A DNA stretch of 64,000 bases from Callorhinchus milii (lineage: Eukaryota): contig NW_024704742.1 of assembly GCF_018977255.1 (NCBI RefSeq), forward strand, positions 7,070,001-7,134,000, read 5' to 3'. Below are positions 61,317 to 64,000 of the stretch, one piece after another. Position 1 is the first letter of the stretch. Every line of letters starts with the position of its first letter. Under the pieces are notes generated by a model. That model was given only the letters and a program-made list of their open reading frames with translations, searched no databases and had not been told where the DNA came from. The translations under genes were made by a program, and so were the position numbers.

Positions 61317-62051
61317 CCCCTTCGTTGGTGCAGCTTTTATATTTTCTGGATTTCCGTCACATGTGGATACACTTTTATCTCCTGGGTCCTGCTTTCATTA
61401 ACTCAGAGGGAAATTCCCTGTCTCCCTGAGCTAATTGTTCTGTATGTTTCAGTTCACATACAGTGACCCTGAAAACATTGCAATAATAAATCTACTCAGA
61501 CATCAGCAATAGCTCTAACACTGTAACATTAATCCTAACCCCGAGGAAATCAAGACACAGATGTAACATTCAATCTGTAGATGCACAAAGAATAAGCAGA
61601 AGTTATTTTCTAAGGTGACAGAGAGAGGAAGGAGCCTATACATCAGTTGTTGAAAGACTTCAAGAGGCATTTTGTGGAGGATTCTGTCGACAGCTTTGTC
61701 ATCGCTCTGCGCTGCTCAGTGCTGCACTGCACATTAGTGCACGAGTTGATGAAATGCTTTGCGACCTATTCGTACTGAGCTTCCGACATGAAAGACTATC
61801 AAAGACTTCATCACAACCTGACCTTACACAGAAAAAAAGCACTACGACACTGAAGACAGAGCAAAGCTATTTCAAATGCAATTGGCGGTGGCAGCCAGTG
61901 GAAAAGTCAAAGCAAATCTGTTGAAAACCTCACGTGCTTACAAAATGATCCCAGCCCAAACTATAATTGGAGAGTGAAGCCCACTTCAGATGTGAGCTCA
62001 GTTGCTAGCACTCTTACCTCTGGTTTAACCTCCATGTTCTGTAGAGTCTTA

Positions 62052-62423
62052 TGGAGTCCTATAGCTCAGTGCTTAGAGCGCTCACCTCGCTAGCGAGAGA
62101 CCTGGGTCCGATTCCTGGCAGGATGAAACGTTGGGCATGTTTCCTTACTCCACACACCTCTGTTTACCAAACAGTGAGTAGGAACCTGGTTGTTAGTCGA
62201 TTGGTGGATTGCTTTTCTGGGGGTAATAATTCCTTAAAAATAATGATAATAATTTGGTCAATTCAATCCATGACTGTTTGTGGGACGCTGCTGTGCACAA
62301 TTGGCTGCTGCGTTTCGCCCACAAAATATACAGTCAATTCACTTTACAGTATGTTCTGTGAAGCGCTTTGAGACGTCTCGAAGATGTGATAAGGTGCTAT
62401 ATCAAATGCAAGGATTATTATTA
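62052..62423 (+). mobile_element. SINE-A, full length, nested in a SINE-B (head ~61990-62022, body 62440-62778)
   Basis: Complete head to tail; SINE-B pieces on both sides on the same strand. Confidence 0.92.
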
Positions 62424-62889
62424 TAATGTCAAGGCTTTGATCTTATAATCTTGGCTGACACTCGACAATGTGCTGGATGTGCTACATTGTTTAGGTGGAC
62501 ATCAATTAAAACTAACGTCCCATCTGCCTGTCCAGGTGGACGTTAAAGATCCAATGGCACTATTTCAAAAGATAAGGAAGCTTCTCAAGTGTCCTGCCCA
62601 ACAACTTGCAATAAAATTTGTCATTCACTTCATGGCTGTTTTTGGAATACTGCTGTGTGCAAATTGGTTGCCACATTTGCCTTCAAAACACACAGTCACT
62701 GCACTTTACAGTCTTGCCTGTGAAGTGCTTTGGTACTTCCTGCTGAAGTGAAAGGAACTGTACCTCATGTAAGGATTGTACCTGTTGTGAACGAGCCACA
62801 AGCACAAGCAAAATACCTTTTCTGCTTACGAAAGGGAATGGCTATGCAGAGGCATAGGTGTGCCTGCGCTTTTTGTAAAGGATTGGAGT

Positions 62890-63148
62890 GATAGACCAAT
62901 ATTATTTGGGGGATTGTGGGCCAGAACAGCGGGAGAAACTCCTTTCTCCTTTCGAATAATGCCGTGGGAATTTTAACGTCCCCGGTTTAACGTCTCATCC
63001 AAAGGACGGTACCTCTGAAAAAACAAACCATGCCCAGGACTGGATTGGAGTGTCATTTTAGACTATGCAAATTCAATCGCGTCGTGGGGCTTGAACCCAA
63101 ACCTTCTGACTCAGAGGTAAGACTGCTACTCCTGAGCCAGCCCGACAC
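62890..63148 (-). mobile_element. SINE-B 5' half
   Basis: 'ggtttaacgtctcatccaaaggacgg' and head 'ggggcttgaacccaaaccttctgactcagagg'. Confidence 0.85.
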
Positions 63149-63322
63149 ATCTAAGCCATACTGCTCAGAGGTGAAAGAACAGGAATGAAATATGTGCATG
63201 AACACTGCAATTTTGAGCCCATAATTTCCTGTTTATTTTTCTTTTGGGACTCTTCTCACAGATCTTGCCTGACCTGACTGAAAAGCCAATTAGGGAATAA
63301 ACTCCCAGACCTCTGACAGTGC

Positions 63323-63690
63323 AATAATAATAATCCTTGCATTTGATATAGCGCCTTATCACATCTTGGAGACGTCTCAAAGCGCTTCACAGAAGATACT
63401 GTAAAGTGAATTGACTGTATATTTTGTGGACTAAACACGGCAGCCAATTGCGCACAGCAGCGTCCCCACAAACAGTCGTGAATTGAAGTGACCAATTTAT
63501 CATTTTTTTTAAAGAATTATTATCCCCAGAAACGTGATCTGCCAAACGACTAACAACTGGATTTCTGCTTACTGTTGGGTAAACAGAGGTGTGTGGAGTA
63601 TGGAAACCTGCCCAACGTTTTGTCCTGCCGGGAATCGAACCCAGGTCTCTCGCTTGCGAGGCAAGTGTTCTAACCATTGAGCTGCAGGAC
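63323..63690 (-). mobile_element. SINE-A, full length
   Basis: Complete; forms an inverted pair with 62052-62423. Confidence 0.93.
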
Positions 63691-64000
63691 ATCTGTTCTA
63701 ATACCAGACTCTAGTTGTTTTGAGAGTTTCCCCAGAGGGATTCTCCCTCAGGTTCTCAGGAAGTATCTCACTTGGAGACTCCCCTCACAGTGTGTGCATC
63801 AGTGGTGTGGCTCACATCAGCGGTGTGCGACATTGCTGTGCAAATTAGCGGCTGCGTTCGTCTGCAAAACGCACAGTCACTACACCTTATAGTAAAATCT
63901 GTGAACGCTCGTTGAGACATCCTCCCGACATGAAAGACACTTATATCAAATGCAAGAATTCTTATTGTTCTTAATAACACACCATGTAGTAAATCAAGGA

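Overview
This is eukaryotic, AT-rich, repeat-dense non-coding DNA with no protein-coding gene I can recognise. The repeat content points to a cartilaginous fish, most plausibly a holocephalan such as Callorhinchus; this is inferred from recalled repeat families, not from a search. The window is dominated by (1) a young tRNA-derived CORE-like SINE (called SINE-A here; ~370 bp, near-intact tRNA-Ala(CGC)-like head, (ATT)n tail) plus an internally deleted subfamily; (2) an older tRNA-derived Deu-domain SINE (SINE-B); (3) many L2 LINE fragments whose 3' stem-loop tail is shared with both SINEs; and (4) CR1 LINE relics, including ORF1-esterase and endonuclease parts. Nearly all ORF-track entries are translations of these repeats or chance ORFs. 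Between the repeats lie unique AT-rich blocks rich in homeodomain/TALE/SOX/TCF motifs, as expected for a large intron or gene desert near a developmental gene. I see no convincing new biological system. The best leads are two unclassified old dispersed repeats, a tandem chimeric SINE array with swapped tails, recurrent fold-back (templated-insertion) scars, two L2 copies truncated at the same YADD point, an inverted CR1 endonuclease fragment, and a strand bias of SINE-A. Coordinates were read by eye, so repeat edges are approximate (about +/-10-20 bp).
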